Virus record (IMG/VR): IMGVR_UViG_3300025356_000005
Span: 1-34,362 of that record
Length of the DNA: 34,362 nt
Reading direction: 5' to 3' (one strand)
From: a virus
Taxonomy: Duplodnaviria; Caudoviricetes
Shown here: positions 1 to 9,878 of the stretch, one piece after another
How positions within the stretch are numbered: the first letter of the stretch is position 1
Layout: each line of letters starts with the position of its first letter
Translations under genes and position numbers: made by a program
Notes under the pieces: model-generated
The model's input: the letters and a program-made list of their open reading frames with translations, nothing else
Told to the model about the DNA's origin: nothing
The model's database searches: none

Positions 1-419
1 GTAGTGAGAGCAGGATTTACTTTCCCAGCAATATTACCAGCAAGGTTAGCGGCAGTAGGGTTGTAATAGCCAGCAGCGGCTCCAAGATTGGAAAGCTGAT
101 TCTTCTGCGCGGCTCCAATGTCATAAACACCGCCTGTAGCGGCAGATCCAACTCCAGAGTAAGCTGCTTGCTGTGCAGCAAGGGATGCGGCATCCTTGGC
201 CTGCTGGTACTGATTAGCTAATCCAAGCTGTTGTTGGGCCTGCTGGGAGCCAGTATAGCCTGCTTGGTTAGCGGCTTGAACTTGAGTGTTGTAGATGGAT
301 CGATCTTGAGCCTCTTGAGCTGCTTTTGCGGCGGCGGCTTGTTGTTCTCCTTGCTGCTTAATCATAGCAAGCATTGCGGTGTTATCTTCTGGTGCTGGTG
401 ATGGTGCGCTTCCTCCCAT
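1..419 (-). CDS. Gln/Ala-rich putative internal virion (ejection) protein, 3' end runs off the window
   Basis: Not in the ORF track. ATG at 419 translates MGGSAPSPAPEDNTAMLAMIKQQGEQQAAAAKAAQEAQ... with no stop before base 1. Composition and position match the neighbouring ejection-like proteins. Confidence 0.75.
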   Translation of the reverse strand, partial: MGGSAPSPAPEDNTAMLAMIKQQGEQQAAAAKAAQEAQDRSIYNTQVQAANQAGYTGSQQAQQQLGLANQYQQAKDAASLAAQQAAYSGVGSAATGGVYDIGAAQKNQLSNLGAAAGYYNPTAANLAGNIAGKVNPALT

Positions 420-446
420 AGTAGTAGTGTGTTAGTTATTAGGTTT

Positions 447-812
447 TTAGTATTGGTTAAATTTGAATGCAGTTGGATATTCAGTATCCATAAAATTACT
501 CAAACTTGGATCTGCCATGTATTTCTTAATAGAAGCTACTTGTGGGGTATTGGACATATCTGCAACAGGGCCAGTTTTCCCTGCGCTGGCAGCTTGCGAT
601 GTTGCGTCTTTTCCCAATCCTCCAGCACCTCCGTATGCTGCTGTAACGCCTCCTGCAAGATTACTAACTCCTTGAGCAATCCCATTCCAAAGAGCTTCAG
701 GATGGCTGCTTTGAATATCCCATTTTTGTTGTGGGGCAAATTGTATAGAAGACTCCTGTCCTTTGCCCATTTGCAAAGGTGTAATAGAATTTGTATCAGG
801 TGCGCCGCCCAT
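447..812 (-). CDS. Putative internal virion protein (MGG start, Gly/Ala-rich central segment)
   Basis: 121 aa, MGGAPD..., glycine-zipper-like GIAQGVSNLAGGVTAAYGGAGG; lies in the ejection module. Confidence 0.6.
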   Translation of the reverse strand: MGGAPDTNSITPLQMGKGQESSIQFAPQQKWDIQSSHPEALWNGIAQGVSNLAGGVTAAYGGAGGLGKDATSQAASAGKTGPVADMSNTPQVASIKKYMADPSLSNFMDTEYPTAFKFNQY

Positions 813-820
813 AACTTTGG

Positions 821-849
821 AATCTATGTTTTTTATTTAATTATGGCAA
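821..849 (-). promoter_or_regulatory. Candidate sigma70-type promoter just upstream of the 812 start
   Basis: Minus strand TTGCCA (849-844), 17-nt spacer, TAGATT (826-821). ATG at 812, so the transcript would be nearly leaderless. Confidence 0.45.
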
Positions 850-851
850 CA

Positions 852-1058
852 TTATTTAGATCGCTTTTTTTCAATGTCCCAAGTTCCATTTGACCACATT
901 TGAATCTGATCACTTCTAAAATGTCTAATGTCTCCTCCTTTTCGTAGGACTACGGTATAAATATCATTCCCCCAAGTTCCTCCAGATTGCATATAAAACA
1001 AGTACCCGTCACCTAAAGGTGTAACTACTTCTATTGGGGTTTTGAACTCATGTATCAT
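852..1058 (-). CDS. Small hypothetical protein, paralogue of 33913..34122
   Basis: 68 aa; shares PI..TP.GDG...Y..SGT..ND...V.L..G..RHFRSDQI.M..N.T.DI-like pattern with the ORF at 33913..34122. Confidence 0.75.
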   Translation of the reverse strand: MIHEFKTPIEVVTPLGDGYLFYMQSGGTWGNDIYTVVLRKGGDIRHFRSDQIQMWSNGTWDIEKKRSK

Positions 1059-1888
1059 TATTTACTCCATATTGGTTTGAAACCAAGATCATCAAACACC
1101 ATGTCTTCATAAGGTGCTTTATCGGACATATTGGAGATTGTTGCCTTTAGCTTTGGACAATATGCAAATTTATCGCCATGCCTATCAATGCAATTTAAGC
1201 AGGTTGGGATGTAATCGGCATTTTTTGACTTATCTTTCTTGTGATCCCACTTTCCATTTATTTTTTCGTATCTATCCTGATCCGGCATTAATCCATTTTC
1301 TTCAAGATACTGATAAATGTCATCATCTGTCCAATCTTTCATCAAGTATAAGCTGATTGGAGATCCTTCAGCATACCTAATATCCATAGACAATGGAACA
1401 TGGCCTTTTATCGGGTCTGTATCGCAGTACTTTGTTCCAATATAAACAGAAGTCCAAGGCCAATTGAATGAGCCTGTCGGACGCGCAAGGAAATCAATAC
1501 CACAAAGGAACTTTTCGTCTCCAATTGGCCTTTCTGTTCCAAGTGATAGTACAATAGCTTTGCTTCCCCATTGAAAATACTTGAGTAAATCAAACCGCAT
1601 CTCTCCTGTGTTAACATCAGGGCCATCGGCTAGTGCAACCTTGCTAGGAGGATAATCGTATACCTCAAGATCCCATCTCTTGATCAGCTTGTCGCTGTAT
1701 TCATATCTTTCCCTAAAATTAGGCTCCCTAAATTGTATGACAGGAAGATCAATATCACATTGGAACCTTAAAAAATGAAGCAACGCAGTTGAATCTTTTC
1801 CTCCGCTCCAAAGGATTACTGATTTTGGCCACCGTTTGTTCCACTCTTTTGCTTTTTCTTTAGTTTTATTTATTAATATATTATTCAT
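1058..1888 (-). CDS. PAPS-reductase-family (PP-loop adenine nucleotide alpha-hydrolase) protein
   Basis: ILWSGGKDSTALL PP-loop and W(T)DDDIYQYL..NGL motif. Start moved to ATG 1888 (or GTG 1891), just after the upstream stop. No C-terminal ECGLH motif. Confidence 0.8.
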   Translation of the reverse strand: MNNILINKTKEKAKEWNKRWPKSVILWSGGKDSTALLHFLRFQCDIDLPVIQFREPNFRERYEYSDKLIKRWDLEVYDYPPSKVALADGPDVNTGEMRFDLLKYFQWGSKAIVLSLGTERPIGDEKFLCGIDFLARPTGSFNWPWTSVYIGTKYCDTDPIKGHVPLSMDIRYAEGSPISLYLMKDWTDDDIYQYLEENGLMPDQDRYEKINGKWDHKKDKSKNADYIPTCLNCIDRHGDKFAYCPKLKATISNMSDKAPYEDMVFDDLGFKPIWSK

Positions 1889-1892
1889 CACT

Positions 1893-2420
1893 CTAAATAA
1901 TAATAGCCGCTCCCAAAGCAGCACCACCTGCCGCAGCACCAGATCCCATCATTGAATTTTTGCTTACTTGGTTTTGAGCCGATGCACTCATCATTGCTTG
2001 CTGATAATTCTGCCAATCTTGTTGTTCTTTATTAACCGCTTGAGAAGTGGTTCCCATCATCTGGTTAATCCAATCAGTAGTTGACTGGAGATTTCCCTGC
2101 GCTGTTTGATAGCCGCCTTTACGGGCTGCATTGCGTTGTGCCAAAGCATTTGCCTGTGCTTGTTGAGATGCGGCAACGGCGGCTGCCGGATCAATTCCAG
2201 CAACAGGAGCAGCTCCAATAGCTTGTGCGGCCTGTGCCAGATTCTGCGCCCTTAAAGCCTGTGCTTGTTGGGTTGCTTGATCAAAAAATCCAGACTTTCC
2301 AATCGTGCTATCTTGCAATCCAGTACCTAGATAATTCTGTAAGCCTTGAGTTTTAGTCCATTGACCTAATTCATTCTGCCAAGAAAATGGATTAACTTGA
2401 TTTGCAGTAGTTCCATCCAT
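1893..2420 (-). CDS. Putative ejection/DNA-transfer protein
   Basis: Q/A-rich helical protein ending in hydrophobic glycine zipper GSGAAAGGAALGAAIII, as in podovirus ejection (pilot) proteins. Confidence 0.6.
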   Translation of the reverse strand: MDGTTANQVNPFSWQNELGQWTKTQGLQNYLGTGLQDSTIGKSGFFDQATQQAQALRAQNLAQAAQAIGAAPVAGIDPAAAVAASQQAQANALAQRNAARKGGYQTAQGNLQSTTDWINQMMGTTSQAVNKEQQDWQNYQQAMMSASAQNQVSKNSMMGSGAAAGGAALGAAIII

Positions 2421-2422
2421 AA

Positions 2423-2779
2423 TTAGAGTCCTGCGCTTTTACCCCATTGTTGCATCGTATTCTGCCAGTATTGAGGAGCAAGTCCGGCGGAAGATTGCTG
2501 TTGAATCTGCTCACGGGCAGCAGCTCCGGCAGGATTAGTCATCTTCTCTAGTTCTTTGCTCTTGTACGCATTAATAGCAGCTTGCTGGCTTGCTTGATTC
2601 AGCGCACCTTGCGGCCCATAAATATCAGTAACTTGTGACTCAATTGGTTGAGAAGATCGAGCAATATCAAGTGCGTTCTGCCTAGCTAGTGCCTGTTGAC
2701 CCGCTTGCTGTTGCAGGCCAAGCATTGCAACATCAAGCGTGTGATCAGGTGGTGGAGGTGTAGGTACTGAGCCGCCCAT
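2423..2779 (-). CDS. Putative internal virion protein
   Basis: MGGSVPTPPPPD N-terminus typical of podovirus ejection proteins; Q/A-rich. Confidence 0.6.
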   Translation of the reverse strand: MGGSVPTPPPPDHTLDVAMLGLQQQAGQQALARQNALDIARSSQPIESQVTDIYGPQGALNQASQQAAINAYKSKELEKMTNPAGAAAREQIQQQSSAGLAPQYWQNTMQQWGKSAGL

Positions 2780-2781
2780 AA

Positions 2782-3168
2782 TTAAGCAGGAGAATATACT
2801 TCTCTTTTTAACCTGACAAGCCCTAACTTATTCATTGTTTCCTCTGGGAAGTTCATACGATGCGTATCCGTTTCTAATGGTACTCCAATATAACTAACCC
2901 TTCCAGAAAGCTGTGTGTGGGTTCTCCAATCATTCATAACTTGAATTACATCCCTTGGCCTTGTTAATGCCGGATGGAAGGCTGGATAAATGGTTGGAAT
3001 ATGGACGTGATCGCTGTATCCAAAGCAAATATCATCCCGATAGTGTGCGTAAACATTAATATTGGGATTTGCAATTATTTCATGATCAAATGACTTAGCA
3101 AATGTCTGTAGTTGTTGAAACTCTTGTGTATTTGGTGCGATGTATTTGTAATTAATGGATGAACGCAT
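2782..3168 (-). CDS. Possible GNAT-fold protein (T7 gp13-like position)
   Basis: 128 aa alpha/beta pattern ending MNKLGLVRL, resembling the GNAT terminal xxLGF motif. Sits between the nozzle and ejection genes, where T7-like phages encode gp13. Confidence 0.4.
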   Translation of the reverse strand: MRSSINYKYIAPNTQEFQQLQTFAKSFDHEIIANPNINVYAHYRDDICFGYSDHVHIPTIYPAFHPALTRPRDVIQVMNDWRTHTQLSGRVSYIGVPLETDTHRMNFPEETMNKLGLVRLKREVYSPA

Positions 3169-3171
3169 AGA

Positions 3172-3417
3172 TTATGTTCCTATAGCGACATTTACCCCAT
3201 TGGCAAGCAATGATTGGTTAGTATTTGCTTGTTGCGAGATAATTTGTTGCCGGACAGATGAATTCCCACACACAACGCATGGTAAGCAGTCGCCGCTAGT
3301 GTTGGAATCAATTGGAATGCTGGAATAAAGAGGAATAACGCCATCATTTCCAAACGGAGACATATACAGGTTTGGAAAGTCTGTTACAGGAGTAGCGGCT
3401 TGGGAAATAGTAGGCAT
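3172..3417 (-). CDS. Small hypothetical virion-associated protein with CLPCVVC motif
   Basis: 81 aa ORF coupled (TAATATG) to the nozzle gene. Confidence 0.6.
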   Translation of the reverse strand: MPTISQAATPVTDFPNLYMSPFGNDGVIPLYSSIPIDSNTSGDCLPCVVCGNSSVRQQIISQQANTNQSLLANGVNVAIGT

Positions 3418-3418
3418 A

Positions 3419-5545
3419 TTAACAGGAAGATGCGTATTGTGTAGCTGCTGCTGTGGCTTGTTGCGAGGCTAGTGTGGCGGCTTGTGTGTTTGCATCGATT
3501 TGAGACACATAACTCGTAAAGGATGCCGTAGCAGTAGCAGAAACCTTGGTTGCGGAGTTGGCACAGGTTAGCGTAACGGTCTGCGTCTGTTGGCTAAACC
3601 ATGAATTAATTGCATTTCCTTGGGATTCTTGTGGAGCCGGAGCAAGATTGACAGAGATTGTAGAACCATTCTCACCAACAACACACCCTTGCGTCTCGTT
3701 AGTGTTTGGATTTCCAACAGATTGCTCTGTCCAAGGATCTTGGTACATCCTGATGACTTCAACACCCATTGCGCCACACCATTCGACTAGGAAGCTGAAT
3801 GCCTTGTCCACATCTAGCGTGTATTGTGATTCACAAGATATATCACTCGTTGTTCTTTGGACATTCTCCGTAATAAGCCTGCGGTATTGAGTTTGTAGGA
3901 TGCCAAGATCACCAATAGCTGCCGCGCTTGGGCTTGTGGCATATTGATACTCGTCTGTAACAGCCAATATGCGCTTGTTAAGGATGGTCTGATACGCCCC
4001 TTTGCTGCCCCTATAGGAGACTTTTACATCAACGGTTCCGGCTATTTGCGAACAATCCAAGTCTCCATAAATCAATTGTTTTAACGATGCCTCGTCTCCA
4101 AGCAATGCCGTCTCTAACTGGCAATAGATTCGATTGATATGCTGCTCAGTAGTTCCATCTTGATTAATATACAGATAGGTATCGTATCGCTCTGGTACAA
4201 ATGCTTGCCACAAGTGATTGAATGAACCATCGCTAGTTGCTGAATAATCAACGCTAAATGCAAAGCATTGAGGTGATCCATTGATGACATTCGTTGACCA
4301 GTTTACTGGGCGAATTCCATTCCAAACACCTGCCCATGCCGGAGTACGGGCTTGATTCCATTCGGACGCTGCGGCGTAATCCAAAACCATCGTCGCACTA
4401 TTAAGTGTTTCTAAGTATGGAATCGAATAAAGCAAGTAGTTCTCAAAGCTAGTCGCGCAGATGTTGGTATAATTGCCAGCCATCAACCGCTTGGCCTTTG
4501 CCATCTCGACATCTTTGTACAATACCTGACTAGAAAGGTAGCTTGATGAGGCAACGTCAACACTTACAAGACCGCCCTGCGTGTACCACCACATCAACCC
4601 GTTCTGGAATGCAATGCTACGACCAGCAACGCATCCAATGTTTGGGAATAATGTCTGCTGAAAGTTTGGAGTTGTTGACCATTGAGTACGATCTATTACT
4701 CCAGATGCAATCGTGTAGGTTGACTGATCGGTAAAGACATACAAGCGAGTGTCATTGTTCTGACCAATGTAATCGGTCATTCCAGTAACAGGGCGAGGAA
4801 CACTAAAATCTCCTCGTGTTGCTCCAGTTTCACGCTCTGCCCATCCAATCGGGTTCGCTAGATCTGATGCGCTGATGATATTGCCATTTGCAACCCACAG
4901 GCGGCTGCCAGAGAACGCCATCCAGTAACCAACAGGCATTGCTGTTGCTTGCTGTCCTGTCTTATCAGAACCATCCCAATAGCATGGTGTATTGATTCCA
5001 TCTTGGAAAACAACCATGCGATGCGAAGGAACAATCGTAGTTCCTCCAGAGGTATTTGTAGATGCCGCTTGGGTTGCAATTACAATGTTAATGTTGCTTA
5101 CGTTTGGATCTAGCTGGATATTGGGGAGGAGATAATCAGACCAGTTTTTAGGCTGGGTAAGAGGGAATGGAGAATAGTAAGACCTACCATCAACAACAAA
5201 AATTGCATAAGGAAGCTCGGAAGCTGCAATGTCTGTGCCATCCGGCTTAAAGATTGTCTTTTGCTGTACAATCCTAACTCCCGAAAGATTTGTAGTCGTA
5301 GAAGCAGCCTTACTTTGCTTGTTGGCGTTAAAAATAATGCCGCCTTGGAAGTTTCCCTTTGGAAGAGATAGCTGCATCTTAAATCCATTGCGTGTCTGCG
5401 CTATGCCACCACGAAGGTTTACATTAACTGCAAACTTAACTTGATCCTCTGGCAATGCCCAAGGATTACGGACAGAATTAACGCCATGAATCCATGCCGC
5501 AGTCGTCTTTACTTGGCGACCTGAAGTAATGTTCTGGCTTTTCAT
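3419..5545 (-). CDS. Tail nozzle / tail tubular protein B (P22 gp10 / T7 gp12-like beta-propeller)
   Basis: 708 aa, beta-rich; N-terminal G.N....P.ALP.DQ....NV....GG...TR.G and internal IGCVA.RSI motifs typical of podovirus nozzle proteins; follows the adaptor gene. Confidence 0.7.
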   Translation of the reverse strand: MKSQNITSGRQVKTTAAWIHGVNSVRNPWALPEDQVKFAVNVNLRGGIAQTRNGFKMQLSLPKGNFQGGIIFNANKQSKAASTTTNLSGVRIVQQKTIFKPDGTDIAASELPYAIFVVDGRSYYSPFPLTQPKNWSDYLLPNIQLDPNVSNINIVIATQAASTNTSGGTTIVPSHRMVVFQDGINTPCYWDGSDKTGQQATAMPVGYWMAFSGSRLWVANGNIISASDLANPIGWAERETGATRGDFSVPRPVTGMTDYIGQNNDTRLYVFTDQSTYTIASGVIDRTQWSTTPNFQQTLFPNIGCVAGRSIAFQNGLMWWYTQGGLVSVDVASSSYLSSQVLYKDVEMAKAKRLMAGNYTNICATSFENYLLYSIPYLETLNSATMVLDYAAASEWNQARTPAWAGVWNGIRPVNWSTNVINGSPQCFAFSVDYSATSDGSFNHLWQAFVPERYDTYLYINQDGTTEQHINRIYCQLETALLGDEASLKQLIYGDLDCSQIAGTVDVKVSYRGSKGAYQTILNKRILAVTDEYQYATSPSAAAIGDLGILQTQYRRLITENVQRTTSDISCESQYTLDVDKAFSFLVEWCGAMGVEVIRMYQDPWTEQSVGNPNTNETQGCVVGENGSTISVNLAPAPQESQGNAINSWFSQQTQTVTLTCANSATKVSATATASFTSYVSQIDANTQAATLASQQATAAATQYASSC

Positions 5546-8500
5546 TAATATCCTCCGTAATAACCCCAGTTGGAATCGATTACGGGGTCGGTGTAGTCAC
5601 CATATACCAGATTGTCCACCTGAATCGGCTCAAGAGCGTGACCAGTCATGCTTTCATGTTGGCTACGGAGATAGGTAAGAGCCTTTGCCCAATACTTGTT
5701 GCTCTGTTCCTCAAAATCCTTGTTTTCTAAATCAACAGCATGGACTGCCGCCATGATAGCGCGAGTATTCTCAATGGGAATATAATCGTAAACGCTCGTA
5801 ATATTTGGATGAGCCATACGATAGATAATCCTAGCCCATGAACATTGCTTACCAATTCGGATGCGGCGGTACTTAGGATTAACTTCGGCAGGATGGTACT
5901 GACCGATTAGTGCCATGTCGTTGCTGCGACCATAATCGTAAGCATATAGGCTGACATACCCGATAGTTTCCGGCTTCTCAATGTGGAGTACGCTCTTAAC
6001 AAAGGTTGGAGGCAATACTGAATCAATGAAGAATGTGCTAGAGATGGTGTTTCCAGTAGTAAGATAACTTACGCGACCAGTATGCGATGTTGTGTTGATC
6101 GCATTAGCCTCTGTGTCGTAAAGCTCAATCTTATTTGCACTAATCGTCCTAGCGTAATAATTTCCTGCCGTAAGACCGCTTGGAAGGGAATCTCCAGCAC
6201 TTGCTCTTACAATCACTTGATCTCCTGCTTCAAAAATTGATCCGTTTGCTATAATGCTTGTTGAAGATACTGGAGTAAATGTCCTAGCAATGTTCATGGA
6301 CATCTGACCTACAGGCAGCGTAGGTACACCTGCGTTCGCAAATACAATTGGTGTTCCTGAAGTGTTTGTCAGGGAAACATTATTGCCGGATATGGTGATC
6401 AAATAATCTGTATCTACATTTAATGGATAAGGAAGAGATCCCGTAGATGAGAATTGAACGCGATCTCCATTAGCAAGATATTCAATAGAACTAGGTACAA
6501 TTAAGTTATTAAATGCTTTGGCATAAGATGCGATACGAATGGCAAAATAGGATTGTCCAACTCCTAAAGCTGTTGGCGTGATAAGACCAGTTGTTGCTGG
6601 CGATCCATTCGCGTGTGATTGGGAATCATAAACTTGTGCCGTTCCTGAATTCAATACGCGCAGGTAGTATTCAGTTGTTGAATCAACACCAGTAGGAAGC
6701 AGGTAATCAGATGCAAGATAAACACCTTGACCAGTAACTACTCCATTAAAGTTTCCTGCCCAATTTCCATTAAATCCAATTCCAAAAGCCCTTGTAAGAG
6801 CCACATAAAAATTACCACTTGGTGATCCAGTAACATTAATTGGCGTGTAGTCTGCGTTTGTTATTGTATATGTTCCTGTAGAAGTATTTAACGGAGACTC
6901 AATTCGATATGCCGTTCCTGCTGTAAGAGGAGTCGGCATTGTCCCAGTAGTTGAGAACTCAACAAACACTCCAGTAGAAGGAACAAATATAATTGCAGGC
7001 GCAGATGTATATCCAGTCCCTTGAGTAACAACGCTGACAGATGTCACAACTCCTCCAGACACTTGTGCCGTAGCAGTAGCTCCCGTTCCTCCTCCACCAT
7101 TAATCTGAACGATTGGAGCGTTGTCATACCCAGATCCACCAGCTCCTGAAGGGATTACAATATTTGAAACAAAAGATGTTTCAAGATTGGCAATTGCCTT
7201 TGCTTGGTTGGCAGATGCAACAGAGACTGCGACCAATGCAACTCCAGTTGCGGTAGCTGTAGCAGCATTACTTAACACAACATTTGTTGCAGAAACGCTA
7301 ACGATAGTTGTATTGTCTGGTATGTTTAATCCATAAACGGCTAATCCAGAAACAAGTCCAGTTGTAGGAGAAACAGAAGTAATTGTATTGCTATTATTTT
7401 GTGTGTTAGCAGTAAAATTAAGATTTACTGGAGGAGGATCAATAGTTACCGCAGGAGCAGAAGTATATCCCTGCCCAGATGATGTAATAACAATAGATCC
7501 AACAGAATATGTGGTAGAAACAACAGCGTCTGGAACCATAACTGCATATCCAGTTGCAGTTGAAAATGATTGAGCTGAATTTGCCGGAATAGTTGGCTGA
7601 ACTACAAAAGAAACTCCAGTTGCAGTAGCTGTAGCATTATTGCTTATCGTAATTGTTGTTGATCCAACAGCCGTAACTATTGTGCCATTTGGGATTCCAG
7701 ATCCTGCAATTGTTTGTCCAATTACAATATGTATAACATTTGAAACATTTTTGATTATTTTTGGATCAACTGATGTGCTTGTATCTCCTGTAAAAGAATA
7801 TGATTTTTGCGGGTTATCAAAGGTAACAACAGGTGCAGAGGTGTATTTAGAACCACCTGATGTTATTTTAACGCTAGTTATTGACCCAGAAACTGTTGCA
7901 ATTGCGTTTGCTGCGGTTGTACTTGTAGGTGTTGGGATTTTTAGTCCAGCCGCAATAATCTGATTTGTTGTTCCAGCAGATGTCGTTGCAGGAATCAGCT
8001 TAACCAATGAGTTTGTTCCAGTTCCAGCGTCAGTAAGAACAATAGGATTATTTCCAGAAGACGCATCAGCAGCATTTGTATGAATTGACAGCGTGTAGTC
8101 ATCGATTACATGAACAAAGTAGTTTTGACCTGCAAGTAATGGTGTTGGAAGTGTTCCACCAGATGTAAACGCCTGAACTTCATCAACATTTTGATAATAA
8201 TGCTTAACTGCAAATGTTAATGTTGTTTGTGGTGCAATCTGCTTACGGATGTCTGTATTGAATTTTCCGCTATTGCCAGTAAGCAGGACTGGATTTGTTC
8301 CGTTTTGGGCATCGGTAATTGTGCTGTAAATTTGAAGGTCAGTCGTATCAAGAGACTGAGCAAAATAGGTTGTGTTTGCAGCCAGAGGAGATGGCAATGA
8401 ACCGGTTGCTGCGCTAAATACAACAGAGGGAGCAGAAGTGTATCCAGATCCCCCAGAAAGACCCGTAAAGCCAGTAACTACGCCATTTGAGACAACGGCA

Positions 8501-9519
8501 GTAACAGATGCATTTGATCCTCCTCCACCAATAAATTCCACGGTTGGAGCAGTAAGGTATCCAGTTCCTCCAGTAACAAGATTTACATTAGAAACAGCAT
8601 TTCCAGAGATAGTAGCCGTAGCAATAGCTCCACCAACAGAGAATGTAACCTCATTTGGCGAATCAACAGCAATTACAGGCGTGCTTTGAAGGTTGATTGC
8701 CGTAAGCAAATTGCTCGGCCTTGAGTCAGTTAGCTTAATCGTTCCAGTATTAAGGATACTTTGCAGAAAGATTGGATTTGTTCCAGCCTTGGCATCAAGA
8801 GAAGTCTGGTAAAGCTGGATCGTATTAGCGTCATCAACCCCAATGTAGTAGGTTTGACCAGCATATAAGAACTTAGGCATCGTGCCGGACACAAGAGAAA
8901 GAACAGCAGATTGTCCTGACTGAAGCTGATGGTTCGTGCTAGTGAATTGTGAGATTGGAGAGATGGCAACATCTCTAGTCTGGATTGTTACTTGATCAGG
9001 AATGATTGTTCCATAGGGGAAGTCGGATTGAGCATGGATAGGAACCAAAAGCCCATCAGCAGTTGTGCCGTCTGGAAATTGCGTGCGAAGCTCGCGATTG
9101 TTACCATCTGTTCCAACTACACGAATTTGTAGTCCTGCATCTGCGCTATGCTCGGATACAGCAATAAGCTGAGATGGCTGGCGAATGTCCATCTGGGTTG
9201 CCACAAATCCTCTGTCATCCCATGCCCAACCAACAGGGTTATACATTCCTCCCTTGTTGACATTGTATTGGAACAGACGGCCTCGGAAATATGTCGGAGA
9301 GCCGTCAATATTGACTGCCAGCGGAACCTCAATGCCGCGAGGAAGGGTGATCGTCTGACCATCCCACCCCGTGCAGACATCTACTTCCTGATTGGTATGG
9401 AAGTAGTGTCCAGACTCCATGAGAATCTGGACTGCCTGCGTAAGCGTTCTAAAAACCTTGTTCTGATCAGTCGTTGCAAGGATTTCAGAGGCTTCGTCAA
9501 TGATTTCGCTGACGAACAT
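5545..9519 (-). CDS. Tail adaptor (tubular protein A-like) with ~1000-aa insertion of beta-repeat modules
   Basis: Helical N-terminus (MFVSEIIDEASEIL) and C-terminus (YIPIENTRAIMAAVHA...YWAKALTYL) fit a head-tail adaptor. The middle holds ~7 LPxPL...YY repeats, 6 GxxYxxAPxV repeats and 2 GIPxxTxV repeats. Confidence 0.6.
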   Translation of the reverse strand: MFVSEIIDEASEILATTDQNKVFRTLTQAVQILMESGHYFHTNQEVDVCTGWDGQTITLPRGIEVPLAVNIDGSPTYFRGRLFQYNVNKGGMYNPVGWAWDDRGFVATQMDIRQPSQLIAVSEHSADAGLQIRVVGTDGNNRELRTQFPDGTTADGLLVPIHAQSDFPYGTIIPDQVTIQTRDVAISPISQFTSTNHQLQSGQSAVLSLVSGTMPKFLYAGQTYYIGVDDANTIQLYQTSLDAKAGTNPIFLQSILNTGTIKLTDSRPSNLLTAINLQSTPVIAVDSPNEVTFSVGGAIATATISGNAVSNVNLVTGGTGYLTAPTVEFIGGGGSNASVTAVVSNGVVTGFTGLSGGSGYTSAPSVVFSAATGSLPSPLAANTTYFAQSLDTTDLQIYSTITDAQNGTNPVLLTGNSGKFNTDIRKQIAPQTTLTFAVKHYYQNVDEVQAFTSGGTLPTPLLAGQNYFVHVIDDYTLSIHTNAADASSGNNPIVLTDAGTGTNSLVKLIPATTSAGTTNQIIAAGLKIPTPTSTTAANAIATVSGSITSVKITSGGSKYTSAPVVTFDNPQKSYSFTGDTSTSVDPKIIKNVSNVIHIVIGQTIAGSGIPNGTIVTAVGSTTITISNNATATATGVSFVVQPTIPANSAQSFSTATGYAVMVPDAVVSTTYSVGSIVITSSGQGYTSAPAVTIDPPPVNLNFTANTQNNSNTITSVSPTTGLVSGLAVYGLNIPDNTTIVSVSATNVVLSNAATATATGVALVAVSVASANQAKAIANLETSFVSNIVIPSGAGGSGYDNAPIVQINGGGGTGATATAQVSGGVVTSVSVVTQGTGYTSAPAIIFVPSTGVFVEFSTTGTMPTPLTAGTAYRIESPLNTSTGTYTITNADYTPINVTGSPSGNFYVALTRAFGIGFNGNWAGNFNGVVTGQGVYLASDYLLPTGVDSTTEYYLRVLNSGTAQVYDSQSHANGSPATTGLITPTALGVGQSYFAIRIASYAKAFNNLIVPSSIEYLANGDRVQFSSTGSLPYPLNVDTDYLITISGNNVSLTNTSGTPIVFANAGVPTLPVGQMSMNIARTFTPVSSTSIIANGSIFEAGDQVIVRASAGDSLPSGLTAGNYYARTISANKIELYDTEANAINTTSHTGRVSYLTTGNTISSTFFIDSVLPPTFVKSVLHIEKPETIGYVSLYAYDYGRSNDMALIGQYHPAEVNPKYRRIRIGKQCSWARIIYRMAHPNITSVYDYIPIENTRAIMAAVHAVDLENKDFEEQSNKYWAKALTYLRSQHESMTGHALEPIQVDNLVYGDYTDPVIDSNWGYYGGY

Positions 9520-9529
9520 TTAGCGTGTG

Positions 9530-9874
9530 TTATTTTTGGCTTCCTTCAGCAGCCATACCTTTAAGGAAATCTTCATCAGATCCTCCGGCTCCACCTTGTC
9601 CGCCAGTAGGAGCGGCAGGAGGCATTTCGGCAGGAGGTTCACCAGCACCAGCAGCCTGTTGCTCAACACCCTGCTTGAGTTGGTCGAGACCAGTCGCCAA
9701 TTGCGTCACAAGGGCGTGAATCGCGTCAAATGCGACCTTTGGCATAGTTACCATTACGGAGCCATCTCCTCCTCCTTGAGGGGCAGGAGGGGCCATGTCG
9801 CCAGCAGGAGCTGGGCCAGTTCCAGATGATGGAGCGTCAGGTTGTTCGGTAGGGGGCATAGTTTTGTCAGCCAT
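9530..9874 (-). CDS. Pro/Gly/Ala-rich hypothetical protein with a central helix
   Basis: 114 aa, co-oriented, good start context. Confidence 0.65.
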   Translation of the reverse strand: MADKTMPPTEQPDAPSSGTGPAPAGDMAPPAPQGGGDGSVMVTMPKVAFDAIHALVTQLATGLDQLKQGVEQQAAGAGEPPAEMPPAAPTGGQGGAGGSDEDFLKGMAAEGSQK

Positions 9875-9878
9875 AATA

